A stretch of 63,851 nt of DNA, the filler included, from an uncultured Methanoregulaceae archaeon (GTDB taxonomy: Archaea; Halobacteriota; Methanomicrobia; Methanomicrobiales; Methanospirillaceae): assembly GCA_964530035.1 (NCBI GenBank). It is 4 parts of 4 records of this genome, joined end to end, with 100 filler letters (N's around TTAATTAATTAA, not from the genome) between each part and the next. Parts side by side here need not be neighbours in the genome. Positions count along the whole stretch, not along the records: positions 19,309 to 38,395 come from CAZGXZ010000030.1; positions 38,496 to 56,849 come from CAZGXZ010000032.1; 2 more parts are not named here. One strand, given 5' to 3'. This document shows, piece after piece, positions 33,079-43,004 of the stretch. Below the pieces are notes generated by a model, which worked only from the letters and a program-made list of their open reading frames with translations, was not told the origin of the DNA and made no database searches. Position 1 is the stretch's first letter; each line of letters starts with the position of its first letter. The position numbers and the translations under genes were made by a program.

Positions 33079-33647
33079 CAGGATCTCCTCCTGTCCAGTT
33101 CATTCAGGACAAGTGTTATCGCATGTTCCGCGTGCAGGGACTTCGGACCGACCGAAACATGCCTGAGACCCGATACAAGGTCCCGTTCTTCAGGACTCAG
33201 GTTCTCGTGGTCACTTAACAGGAATGCATGAGGCAGGTCGGTGATGGTCCTTATGTCCTCCCCGGACTCATCGAGAACTGCATACGGTTGTTCTTCAAGC
33301 AACCGTGAAAGTCCCCCCCTCCGTATGAACACCCCGGGCATCGACAATGAATATTCCCCGGTAACAGGGAGCAGAAGGGCTTTTTTCATAAGGGATGCGG
33401 CACTCCTCTCATCGGGGGAAAGATACCTGACATCCTTGCCCGAAAACCGTATTGTCTTCGGAGGATCCGGTTCGCCAAGGAGGACGAGGAGGCATTCGAC
33501 GTCCCTTCTCATGTCATGGGATAGAAACAGGGACGTTGTAAGGCACCTGCACAGGATATCTACCCGTCCGGCGCCTCCCGGGAGGTCATTCAATGAGAAA
33601 TCACCGCGGGTAACAGCACGGTGTCCGACAACGGCAAAAGTAATCAT
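33078..33647 (-). CDS. trmY: tRNA (pseudouridine54-N1)-methyltransferase
   Basis: Motifs LNDLPGGAGRVDILCR, FLSHDMRRD, PDERS, LSDH, SVGP. Confidence 0.93.
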   Translation of the reverse strand: MITFAVVGHRAVTRGDFSLNDLPGGAGRVDILCRCLTTSLFLSHDMRRDVECLLVLLGEPDPPKTIRFSGKDVRYLSPDERSAASLMKKALLLPVTGEYSLSMPGVFIRRGGLSRLLEEQPYAVLDESGEDIRTITDLPHAFLLSDHENLSPEERDLVSGLRHVSVGPKSLHAEHAITLVLNELDRRRS

Positions 33648-33649
33648 AA

Positions 33650-34972
33650 TCAGTTCGGCTTTCCGAACCGTTTCATTAATCGCTGCATCTGAAAGCCACC
33701 GGGTCCCGATTTCATGCCCTTCAGTGCTTTCTGCATGATCTTGTGATACCTGAGGAGTTCCCTTACCTCCTCGGGGGAGGTTCCCGAACCCATTGCAATC
33801 CGATGTATCCTTGACCCGCTGATGAGCCCCGGGTCGTCCAGTTCTTTTGCAGTCATCGAGTCCATCATGACCTTGAACCGGGACATCTTGGTGCTCGTTA
33901 CATCGTAGGCATCGGTCGGGAGGTCGATATTTCCAAGCGGCAGCATGCTCATGATCTGTTTCAGCGGCCCCATCTTATTGAGCGCTTCAAGCTGTTTGTA
34001 CATATCTCTCAGGGTGAACTTGCCTTTCATGAAGGCGTTCACATCGACATCGGTTGTCGCGATGCTCTCTTCAGCCCTCTCTGCAAGCGCTTTCAGGTCC
34101 CCCATCCCAAGAAGGCGTGATATAAAGCCATCGGGGTCGAAACGTTCGAGGTCCTCAATCGTTTCACCATTTCCGATAAACACTATCCCGCTGCCGGTCT
34201 CGGATACTGCCGATAATGCTCCGCCACCTTTGGCAGTCCCATCCATTTTCGTGATGATGACCCCGTCAATCTGGACCGCCTCGTGGAATGCGCGTGCCTG
34301 TTCCCGGGCCTGTTGCCCGAGAGCAGCATCAAGGACGAGCCAGCGGTGGGTTGCCCGGGAGATCGTGTTGATATCGATTATTTCCTTGATGAGGTCGTTT
34401 TCAAGGGCATGTCTGCCCTGGGTATCTATGATTATGACTTCACTTGCAGTAAGTGACTTCAGGCCTTCCCTGACGATTTTCAGGCTGTCCTTCTCTGCAG
34501 GACTCCCATAGCAGGAAACATTTATCTTTGAACACAGGGTTTCCAGCTGCTGGAACGCTCCAGGCCTGAAGGTATCAGCCCCGATGACTGCCACCTTCAG
34601 ACCTTTTCTCTGGAAAAACCTCGCCAGTTTCGCAGTCGTAGTGGTCTTACCGCTGCCCTGAAGCCCGGCCAGGAGGATGGTCTGAGGCGTAAGACGGACC
34701 TCGTCGGTCCTGCCTACAAGGCGGACCAGCTCCTGATACACGATGCGGAGGATGTGTTCCCGCACCGTCATGCCTTTTGGGGGCTCCTCGTCAAGTGCCC
34801 GCTTTTTAATGGCCTGGGAAAGCTGCATGACCAGCTTGACATTCACATCCGCCTGGATAAGGGCTCGCTGGAGGTCTTTCACCAGCTCATCAACAGCTGC
34901 CCGGTCAATTACCGTCTTTCCTGCCAGTTTCTTTAAGGCGTCCTTGAGAGAAGACCCGAGCCGGTCAAGCAA
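33650..34972 (-). CDS. srp54: Signal recognition particle protein Srp54
   Basis: Motifs [29 protein letters not shown] domain; likely TTG start (MLDRLG) after GGAGGTG. Confidence 0.96.
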   Translation of the reverse strand: MLDRLGSSLKDALKKLAGKTVIDRAAVDELVKDLQRALIQADVNVKLVMQLSQAIKKRALDEEPPKGMTVREHILRIVYQELVRLVGRTDEVRLTPQTILLAGLQGSGKTTTTAKLARFFQRKGLKVAVIGADTFRPGAFQQLETLCSKINVSCYGSPAEKDSLKIVREGLKSLTASEVIIIDTQGRHALENDLIKEIIDINTISRATHRWLVLDAALGQQAREQARAFHEAVQIDGVIITKMDGTAKGGGALSAVSETGSGIVFIGNGETIEDLERFDPDGFISRLLGMGDLKALAERAEESIATTDVDVNAFMKGKFTLRDMYKQLEALNKMGPLKQIMSMLPLGNIDLPTDAYDVTSTKMSRFKVMMDSMTAKELDDPGLISGSRIHRIAMGSGTSPEEVRELLRYHKIMQKALKGMKSGPGGFQMQRLMKRFGKPN

Positions 34973-35996
34973 CCTGTCCACCTCCAAGCAGTTCCCCTAC
35001 TATTTCATCCGGATTGAATGGCCGGATATCATCGTATCCCTGGCCGGTACCGATAAACAGAAGGGGTCGTCCTACCGCGTGTGCCACTGAAAGTGCAGCC
35101 CCGCCACGGGGGTCCATATCGACCTTGGTGAGTACGACCGCATCTATCCCGACGGTTCTTGCAAATTCCTCGGCCCTGATGACAGCATCATTACCGGCGA
35201 CCGCCTCGTCGACATAGACGATCAGGTCAGGGTTCATCACCCGGCGGATCTTGGACAGCTGGTTCATCAGATTGACCCGGTTATGAAATCTTCCGGCGGT
35301 ATCCGCGAGGATTACATCAATGGTATGCGAGGTAGCATACTGGATGGTATCAAACAGAACTGCGGATGGGTCAGCGCCCGCCTGATGCTGGATTACCTTG
35401 ATTCCTATCCGTTCGGCATGCACATCGATCTGTTCAATTGCCCCGGCCCGGAACGTGTCCCCTGCACCTATGACAACAGAAAATCCGTTTTTTTTCAGGT
35501 ACTGACCGATCTTGGCAATGGTCGTGGTTTTACCGGTGCCATTCACACCAATGAAGAGGATTTTCACGGGCCTCTGATGACCCCGGATATACGCGGAAAG
35601 GTCAAACCCTTCCCCAAGTGCCGACCGAAGAGCATCTGCAAGGGCTTTTATGACAACGGTATTGACGTCTGTTCCGATTTTCCTTTTTTTCCCAACGAGA
35701 CCTGACCTCACCGAGCTGCAGATCTCTTCAGTGACAGAAAACGCAACATCACTTTCAAGGAGCGCCATTTCAAGCTCCTCAATCGGCTTTTCAAGGTCCT
35801 GATCCCGTATGACCAGTTCCCCTTCGGTAATCAGGACCCTGACCTTTTCAAAAAACGCGGGTTCCTTCTTATCTCCTGCCGCAGGAGCCTGGTCCTGGGC
35901 AGGGAGGGTTTCTTGACCCTCATTGCTCTGGCTTATCGACTGAGAGAGACGCCCCTGTATGGACTGGAGTTTCTCACGGAGGTTATCAAAGACCAT
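34965..35996 (-). CDS. ftsY: SRP receptor FtsY
   Basis: Motifs [36 protein letters not shown]. Confidence 0.96.
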   Translation of the reverse strand: MVFDNLREKLQSIQGRLSQSISQSNEGQETLPAQDQAPAAGDKKEPAFFEKVRVLITEGELVIRDQDLEKPIEELEMALLESDVAFSVTEEICSSVRSGLVGKKRKIGTDVNTVVIKALADALRSALGEGFDLSAYIRGHQRPVKILFIGVNGTGKTTTIAKIGQYLKKNGFSVVIGAGDTFRAGAIEQIDVHAERIGIKVIQHQAGADPSAVLFDTIQYATSHTIDVILADTAGRFHNRVNLMNQLSKIRRVMNPDLIVYVDEAVAGNDAVIRAEEFARTVGIDAVVLTKVDMDPRGGAALSVAHAVGRPLLFIGTGQGYDDIRPFNPDEIVGELLGGGQVA

Positions 35997-36017
35997 GGGA
36001 CGCTCTCCTCGGATCCA

Positions 36018-36467
36018 TTACTGGAGAGAATTCTCGGCCAGGCGGGCCTGTTGATAGAGGTATTCAAGGCGACGTGAGATCTCATTGATCTGAGTCCGGA
36101 CCTTCTCGAGCGATTCACCGATTTTTTTCCCGGATGCCTCCATTTCGAAGATCCTTTCCCGCAGGTACTCGATTGCTTCCTTGTTGTCCTTTTCAACGGT
36201 GATATCCGAACCGATGCTGACCATGACTGACTGCGGGTTTTCTACGTGGGCCCTGACACCCGTCCCTCCTCCAACCGGCAGTACTACGGCACCGTCCGGA
36301 GCATCAGCAATAGCCTGGAGGGTATCAATAGCCGCAGCTGCTTCGGACCTGCCTTCATCGATAATGGCAAGCTGGCGGGAGAGGTACTCCATCTGCTGGC
36401 CATATTCATTGAGATATGCCTGGAGTTGCTGGACTTCCCTCGGGTCAACGGTTTCCACGGACGTCAC
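36018..36467 (-). CDS. pfdA: Prefoldin alpha subunit
   Basis: Coiled coils flanking VVLPVGGG...VSIGS...VEK; conserved context. Confidence 0.92.
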   Translation of the reverse strand: MTSVETVDPREVQQLQAYLNEYGQQMEYLSRQLAIIDEGRSEAAAAIDTLQAIADAPDGAVVLPVGGGTGVRAHVENPQSVMVSIGSDITVEKDNKEAIEYLRERIFEMEASGKKIGESLEKVRTQINEISRRLEYLYQQARLAENSLQ

Positions 36468-36660
36468 CCTCTGCAGGAGTAACCTCAGTTATCCTGACGT
36501 ACTGTCTCTTTAACCGGTGTTTGCTCCCCATGAGGGTGAAGATTCGTTCCCTTGCCTGCGCTTCATTCGGGGCGGCGACGACCTTGGTGTAAGGTTTCCA
36601 GTCCTCGCCCATGCAAAACTCGCCTTTTACCGTAAATTCCATAAGATCCATGTGTATCAT
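36445..36660 (-). CDS. rpl18a: 50S ribosomal protein L18Ae/LX (true start may be a few codons downstream)
   Basis: Motif EFTVKG...APNE..ARE....MGSKHRLKR. Confidence 0.9.
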   Translation of the reverse strand: MIHMDLMEFTVKGEFCMGEDWKPYTKVVAAPNEAQARERIFTLMGSKHRLKRQYVRITEVTPAEGDVRGNR

Positions 36661-37319
36661 CCGAAAAATCCAAAAATATCCTCTATTCTACCCAATTCAA
36701 AACCTGTTGTCCCTAACCCGGCAAGATACCCGTTGCCGTTGGCAATGAGGCCTGCACCCACAAGCCCGCTTCCCATGGTCACTGTTCCCTTTCCGACAGG
36801 AAGATCGGTTTTTTCCGCGAGGAGGTTCATTTCATTGTCCGAACTCCTAGGGTGGACCATGATCCCCCTGCTTGTTGCCACGGCTGCCATGCCGACGGTT
36901 TTTATTCCCCCCAGTGTGAGGGAAACAGCCGGAACATCAAGAAAATCGCTGATTTCCCCGACGACCTTCTCCGGAAGGTCAGGGTGGTGGACTAAGATAC
37001 GGTCATTCACCAGGAGGACGTTTCCCGCGGCATTCATGGTATCGCTCAGGAGGTACACATCGCGGAACCGTTTTAACGTGGCAATTTCATCTGCGGATGC
37101 AAGACCGCTCACGACAAAGCCGTTCTGGTTCCCTGTCGCAAGGGAGCCGATGATGGAACTGCCCTGAATCGTCGTTTCCACTATCTCCACGGAAAGAGCT
37201 TCAGAAAGGGCCCGGGAGAACTCTTCAGGGGTATCGGGTGGGACGATAGCCACATCCTCGAATATCCTGGAAAAGACTCCGATGTGAGGATCTCCGCCGA
37301 ACGAGACCGTCCTCTCCAT
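36657..37319 (-). CDS. eif6: Translation initiation factor IF-6
   Basis: Motifs IGVF, GSSIIGSL, GTVTMGSGLVGAG, TTGFELGRIED. Confidence 0.95.
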   Translation of the reverse strand: MERTVSFGGDPHIGVFSRIFEDVAIVPPDTPEEFSRALSEALSVEIVETTIQGSSIIGSLATGNQNGFVVSGLASADEIATLKRFRDVYLLSDTMNAAGNVLLVNDRILVHHPDLPEKVVGEISDFLDVPAVSLTLGGIKTVGMAAVATSRGIMVHPRSSDNEMNLLAEKTDLPVGKGTVTMGSGLVGAGLIANGNGYLAGLGTTGFELGRIEDIFGFFG

Positions 37320-37320
37320 C

Positions 37321-37584
37321 TTACTCCTCAGCCAGTTCAGCCTGGACCTGACCGTCGTCGAACTTCATCGCGCGGACGCGGATTTTCGACGGAGGTTTCT
37401 CTGCTCCCCGCTCCCACACATGTTCGTTGATAGTTGGATCAAGCCGTACGTCCTCGCTCTTCATATGTTTCCCCAGGTAGGTACGGATATCCTTTATGGC
37501 CGTGTCGCACCTCCGCCTCCTGGACGCCCGCCGGACGCCCCGGAGAGGGATGATATAAATCTGTTCCGCTGTTTTTTCTGCCAT
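37321..37584 (-). CDS. rpl31e: 50S ribosomal protein L31e
   Basis: Motifs [30 protein letters not shown]. Confidence 0.95.
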   Translation of the reverse strand: MAEKTAEQIYIIPLRGVRRASRRRRCDTAIKDIRTYLGKHMKSEDVRLDPTINEHVWERGAEKPPSKIRVRAMKFDDGQVQAELAEE

Positions 37585-37586
37585 AA

Positions 37587-37739
37587 TCACACCTTCAACG
37601 TACTACGCCGCCAGTTCCTGCGTTTTGGGTGGGTCGTGACATTCCTTCTTGTCCTGACCATGACCCACTGGGGAACCCTCCGGTTCTGGTCACAAGCCTT
37701 TGCAAGTCTGATTTTTCTACCTTTTGACACTTTACTCAT
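37587..37739 (-). CDS. rpl39e: 50S ribosomal protein L39e
   Basis: Manual translation [50 protein letters not shown] (50 aa); absent from the ORF track. Confidence 0.96.
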   Translation of the reverse strand: MSKVSKGRKIRLAKACDQNRRVPQWVMVRTRRNVTTHPKRRNWRRSTLKV

Positions 37740-38341
37740 GATTGTACACCTGATGTACCTGTCCTTCCCATTACAAGGGACTGTTCATGCCGGTTAGGGA
37801 AAAAACGTCCAGGATCAAGTCCTCTCTGACGTATGGCGTCACGGATGCCGCCTTCATAATCACCATTCTCCATGCTGCCGGTCTCACCATAGGATATCAG
37901 GACTTCGCGTTCTGCGAGGCGCAGTACTTCCTGTTTCTGATACCCGAGAAGGGGACGGACGTAGGATATTCCATACCGGGTGGTGAGCCTCTGGACCTCG
38001 TCGCGGGGGAGATACGGCACCCGGTCATCGAACCGCGTCCCGTCTGCAATTACAGAATATATTCCTGCAAGATGAGTTAATGCTTCCAGGTGGACCATGG
38101 TGATGGCGTTGTTCGGATATCCGTCGGAGATTATCTGGTCGGCCGCCTGAATGAGGACTCCCTCGCGAAACGTGCGGATATGGTGAACGAAGCCTAATTG
38201 TTCCGCTGCTTTTACAACCGCATGAAGGTTCTTTCCGGCTGAAAAGACGAAGGTATTCAGCTCGACTTCGTAATAACGGGCTAGCATGAGAGCCGCGAGA
38301 CTGCTGTCTTTTCCTCCGCTAAAGAGGACGCCGCACGTCAT
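37736..38341 (-). CDS. PP-loop adenine nucleotide alpha-hydrolase family protein
   Basis: Motifs [28 protein letters not shown]. Confidence 0.88.
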   Translation of the reverse strand: MTCGVLFSGGKDSSLAALMLARYYEVELNTFVFSAGKNLHAVVKAAEQLGFVHHIRTFREGVLIQAADQIISDGYPNNAITMVHLEALTHLAGIYSVIADGTRFDDRVPYLPRDEVQRLTTRYGISYVRPLLGYQKQEVLRLAEREVLISYGETGSMENGDYEGGIRDAIRQRGLDPGRFFPNRHEQSLVMGRTGTSGVQS

Positions 38342-38395
38342 CGTTTTCTTCGTATTGAGAACTCTCGTTTCGCCGGAGTAATCTGGCTATGATTG
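38338..38395 (-). CDS. 3' fragment of PDCD5-like DNA-binding protein, cut by gap
   Basis: Translation ...[15 protein letters not shown]; stop overlaps the next ATG; fits the usual archaeal gene order. Confidence 0.6.
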
Positions 38396-38495
38396 NNNNN
38401 NNNNNNNNNNNNNNNNNNNNNNNNNNNNNNNNNNNNNNNTTAATTAATTAANNNNNNNNNNNNNNNNNNNNNNNNNNNNNNNNNNNNNNNNNNNN
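38396..38495. other. Assembly gap/contig linker
   Basis: 100-nt N run with embedded TTAATTAATTAA. Confidence 0.98.
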
Positions 38496-39010
38496 TCCCT
38501 GACAGGGCAGTAATAGGTCCCGTCGAGGTATGTTACCGAGTCACCCCCGGGAAACGGCATCCCGACCGGGTGTCCGGGTTTATCCAGTACAAGCATACAG
38601 AAACCGGACAGCAGGAACTTGAGGAACTTGAGCCGGCTCCCGGTGACTCCTCCGGTACACTGCCCTTCGACCATCTGCCAGTACAACCTGCTGACGGACG
38701 GGACAGGTGAGTGCATCGTGGAGAAGGTCCCCTGCTGGTTCATGAGCCTGATATCCTGGTAGGTACCATGGAGGTATCCTGTGATGGTCTCTTCGAGTCG
38801 TCTTTTATACTCCGGGTCGAGAGAACCGATTTTTCCGGAAAAGTTCCACCTCATCTCCTGGAGGTCCCGCGGGGAGCAGGAGAGGACGATATCAGCTATA
38901 GCCCGTCCAAGGTCGCCCTTTGTCTGTATCGCTCCGAGCTGCCTGCACCTGTCACTGATTATTTGATCTGCCGGGATATGCGGATCCCTGACAGAGGAAA
39001 AATTACTCAT
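38496..39010 (-). CDS. DUF2115 (UPF0305) family protein, 3' end lost in gap
   Basis: Motif PGHPVGMPFPGG...YYCPVR. Confidence 0.85.
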
Positions 39011-39767
39011 GAGATCTCACGTCAAGGTAGATACCCGGGGAAGGTATACTCATCGGTGCCGACATGAAGGATATCTGAATGGTCAAGGGTATTTCTGATT
39101 GTATCCGAAAGGTTTCCCCTCATAAACGCGGGTCAGTTATGCTCCGGACTCGCCTTTTATTCAAAAATATTCTCCCTTGCAGGGAGAGGTTGCCTGAATG
39201 AACCCATGAACACTGCAGGGCAAATAGTATCAGGGGAAGATGGGAAGATAACCAACATGGGGCTGGCTGACGGGATACGGCATATCCTTCATTCCCGCGA
39301 TGGCAACGAACCGTAACGGCACCACAGCCCACGGAGTCCTGACAAGGTGAAGAGGAGATTGGGGAACTCCTTGCCCTGGAAATCATCTGATCCCGGTCCA
39401 TGGCATCAGATGAAGTTCCCCTCTGCATATCATTCCCGTTTGTAAAACACCGGGCCTGGATTATATTGCCGGGGATTTTCATCGTCAGTACCTGTTTTCA
39501 ATACCGGGTCGGATTACACCTGTATGCTGTCCGAATGGAAGAAGCTACATTATGTATCAGAACCTGAACGTCGCTCGTCCACAGGGGACGGCCGGTTTTT
39601 TAGAGGGGTTCATGAGTTTCTAATGATATGCAATAGTGAATTGATTTGGTGAATTACAACTATATAACGCAAATTGACTTAAACCGACAACGAAATATGA
39701 AATGATCACATCATCCTGGAATATCTGGTCAGCGATGATTCCAGGATGAAAGGAAGGCTGAATCACC

Positions 39768-42700
39768 GTGATCCGAAAAGAACCGATGCCTGTTTTCAGG
39801 GCTTCTCTCGCTCTTATGTTCATTTTCATGTGCTCCATGGTACTGTTTGTACCTGTCGCGGCAGACGATGGAGAGTCCGGTCAGAACCCTCCTGCTGCGC
39901 CGATGGAACAACCTACAGGCGTTCCGGACCCGGTTCCTGTGGACGTGGCCCCTGTCCAGGTGACCGAGGCACCTACCGAGGTACCGACCCAGGTACCTAC
40001 TGAACAGCCAACCCTGTTCATGCCAGGAACCCTGTCCGCAGACCTCTCAGTTGAGCCCACCCTCGTTCCGACAGAGTCCGTTACCGGGATTCCGACCCCG
40101 GATCCGACTCCCGACCAGGTCCCTGAAGCCGGTGGCTCGATTGCACAGGCTGTTGAAAACCTGATGCCGGAGGACCCGATTGACCCCCCGATTGACGACC
40201 CTGCCTATCCCGTTCAGATGACTGACGGGACCGGCAACAAATACTGGGAGATAGGTTCCGGACAGGGTGGCATGACCTGGTACCTGGACAAGCTGTTCTC
40301 AACCGGTCATGACATCGGTATCAAGATTACCGGGAATGGTGTAACCCTGACCGGGAACCCGAACAACGACGGCTCACAGTACACCCTTGATGGTACGAAT
40401 GCCAACAACAACCTCTATGGGATCTGGGCCCAGGGAGTCACCGGCCTCAAGATCCTCGATATCAAGCTGACCAACTGGGCGACCGGGATATTCCTCGACA
40501 ACGTGAACGGTGCGGTCCTTGATAATGTGGCTATCGACAATGGAAACGTCGGGATCAAGGTAAGTGACTCAAACCTCGTCTCGATATCCAACGCGAAGAT
40601 CACCAACATGAACCAGGCCGGGATCCTCGTCCAGGACTCGGACTGGGTCGAGGCGGTGAACTCCTCGTTCAACAATATCGGGAACTGGAACCAGCCGGTT
40701 GTCACCGGGATCGGATTTACGGACTCCAACAACGTCACCAGCCGGAACACCACCCTGTCAACCCTCACGGGAACGAATATCTACGGCATCCACGTCACCG
40801 GTTCGTCTGAAGGGTCGATCTATAACAACACCTTAAAGACGTTCGGTGATTACTCCAACGAGAAAGGAAAGAATACCTATGGTATCATTGAAAAAGGCGT
40901 ACGCAACCATACCATCTACAACAATACCCTGACCTCCATCTATGGAAATGGCACATCAGTGGGTATCGGCCTGTACGACTCGAACTGGGGTTCCGGCGAC
41001 ATACCTGATGACTACATCGACAACAACCATATCCATGGAAACAGGCTGGACACAATTGGAAAGATCATTACTGCCGGAAATGCCTGGAACAAAGGCAACA
41101 AGCTGACCTATGGCATCGAAGTGTCCAACTCAACCCTGACCACGATAACCAGCAACCAGCTGGTCAATATCAACGCAAATTACTATACTGATGCCAGCCA
41201 CAACTACCAGGGTTCCTCGGACGGCATATTCGTGAACAGTTCAGACGGGGCCATTGTCTGGAACAATTCAGTAAAGACGGTCTATGCCTATTACCCGTCG
41301 GGAATAACATTCAAGGACGTTGACAACGGGTTTATCAAGAACAACGTCGTGGACGACGTCGATCCTGAAAATTCCCCGGCATATGGGATACGGCTGATAT
41401 CGTCGGACAGGAACATTGTTGACAACAATTCAGTGAACGACATTTTCAACTACGAGAATTATGGCCTGTACCTCGAGGACTCATCCGAAAACAACATCAC
41501 CTCCAACATCATCACCCCCAAGACTGCCCATGCATATAGCGGACGCAATTACTACGTCATCGGGCTCTCAACCGGTTCAAACAACAACCTGATCTATAAC
41601 AATTACTTTGCAAACAGCTCCGGAAATGCCGTCAGGTTCATCGGTACCAATACGGGAAACGTATGGAACACCACCCAGACACAGGGACGAAATATCGTCG
41701 GGGGTCCGTACACAGGAGGTAACTACTGGGGGAGAAATGATACATCACGAGGATGGTCAGAGACCAATCCCGTCAACCCAACGACGAAATTCATTACCAA
41801 TCCCTTTACCATAGCAGGAGGCTCAGCAACAGACAAGGACTACCTGCCGCTTTCCTACCAGACGACCCCGAAACCGAAGCCAACACCAAACGCTCCCGAA
41901 GCACCGTCCTGCTACACCGAGTGCCGGAACTGCCGTATTCACCAGGTCTGCACCATTGAAGACCCTATAAATGTCATGGACATCGACACCGGCCAGTACT
42001 GCAACGAGTGCAAGAGGACATGGGAAGCCTGCGGTCCGGAAGGCTGGACCATATACAAGGAGTACTGTGACGGACATGTCGAAGAACAGGTCACCGGACC
42101 CTGCCCGACTGTGACTCCCTTCGAGACTCCCACTCCGACTGCCACGGTGACCCCGTTCGAAACCCCGACGCCTTTATGGACACCGCCGGTCATCCCGACC
42201 CCCGACCTTCCCCCGCTACCCCCGCTGGGCGACTGCTGCAACTTCACGGTCATGAACATAACGGCAAATGAGACCATGTTCATCGGCCAGAAGTACCTGG
42301 TCAATGTCACCCTCGTGAACGACTGCGGGCAGTGCTGGAACAATACGACGGCACTGTGGCCATGGAACGAACCGGCGAAGCAGTTCAACCCCTCACCCAT
42401 ATGGATGCGGAACAACACCTGCGAGTACCAGCCCTACACCTTCAGCTTCTGGATAACAGCCCCGGACATCCGCGAGGACCACTATACTCTGCAGTACCGG
42501 CTCTACCGGAATAATACGACCTGCGGAGACATCATCTGGTTCGATGTGAACCTTTCAAGGTTCGCGACAACCGCACAGAAAAAGACCGAGAAAGTCCAGA
42601 ACCCGGTTGTACCAGGCAGGATCGCTCCCGGCACCGGTAATGTGCCGGATGCGACGATCAAGCCCGACGATTTCGCCGGAAGGAAGTTCAGCCAGGTCCC

Positions 42701-42851
42701 GACAATACGGGAACCAAATGAGAACCGGCTATTGCCGCAGAAAACCACGGACTACAGGCAGAGCGTGGGACCGGAGCCGACGATTTCTACGGTCGTCACC
42801 ATCATGAAACGGGTTACCGGCACATTGCCTCCATTGAAAACAGCCCGATAA
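39768..42851 (+). CDS. Secreted right-handed beta-helix (NosD/CASH-like) protein with a Cys-rich segment and an NBR1-like Ig domain
   Basis: Signal peptide (start may be 39786); Pro/Thr region; many GIxLxxSxxNxIxNN repeats; NIVGGPYTGGNYW; YTLQYRL...GDIIWFDV. Confidence 0.85.
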   Translation: MIRKEPMPVFRASLALMFIFMCSMVLFVPVAADDGESGQNPPAAPMEQPTGVPDPVPVDVAPVQVTEAPTEVPTQVPTEQPTLFMPGTLSADLSVEPTLVPTESVTGIPTPDPTPDQVPEAGGSIAQAVENLMPEDPIDPPIDDPAYPVQMTDGTGNKYWEIGSGQGGMTWYLDKLFSTGHDIGIKITGNGVTLTGNPNNDGSQYTLDGTNANNNLYGIWAQGVTGLKILDIKLTNWATGIFLDNVNGAVLDNVAIDNGNVGIKVSDSNLVSISNAKITNMNQAGILVQDSDWVEAVNSSFNNIGNWNQPVVTGIGFTDSNNVTSRNTTLSTLTGTNIYGIHVTGSSEGSIYNNTLKTFGDYSNEKGKNTYGIIEKGVRNHTIYNNTLTSIYGNGTSVGIGLYDSNWGSGDIPDDYIDNNHIHGNRLDTIGKIITAGNAWNKGNKLTYGIEVSNSTLTTITSNQLVNINANYYTDASHNYQGSSDGIFVNSSDGAIVWNNSVKTVYAYYPSGITFKDVDNGFIKNNVVDDVDPENSPAYGIRLISSDRNIVDNNSVNDIFNYENYGLYLEDSSENNITSNIITPKTAHAYSGRNYYVIGLSTGSNNNLIYNNYFANSSGNAVRFIGTNTGNVWNTTQTQGRNIVGGPYTGGNYWGRNDTSRGWSETNPVNPTTKFITNPFTIAGGSATDKDYLPLSYQTTPKPKPTPNAPEAPSCYTECRNCRIHQVCTIEDPINVMDIDTGQYCNECKRTWEACGPEGWTIYKEYCDGHVEEQVTGPCPTVTPFETPTPTATVTPFETPTPLWTPPVIPTPDLPPLPPLGDCCNFTVMNITANETMFIGQKYLVNVTLVNDCGQCWNNTTALWPWNEPAKQFNPSPIWMRNNTCEYQPYTFSFWITAPDIREDHYTLQYRLYRNNTTCGDIIWFDVNLSRFATTAQKKTEKVQNPVVPGRIAPGTGNVPDATIKPDDFAGRKFSQVPTIREPNENRLLPQKTTDYRQSVGPEPTISTVVTIMKRVTGTLPPLKTAR

Positions 42852-43004
42852 CCCCCTCCTTTTTCAATGCCGGAAAATTCTTCACGTTGGGACGTATTCA
42901 CAGGGGTTTGTTCCAGCCTGTCCACTCGGATGATATTTCCCGTTACCTGTTCAAATAGAGTTTTATCCTGAAGAGAGCGAGTTGGATGCATCAAGTGTTG
43001 GCCC

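Noticed and set aside
29284..38395. Long informational gene cluster including the pus10-trmY pair
   Set aside because: Standard conserved euryarchaeal gene order; not novel.
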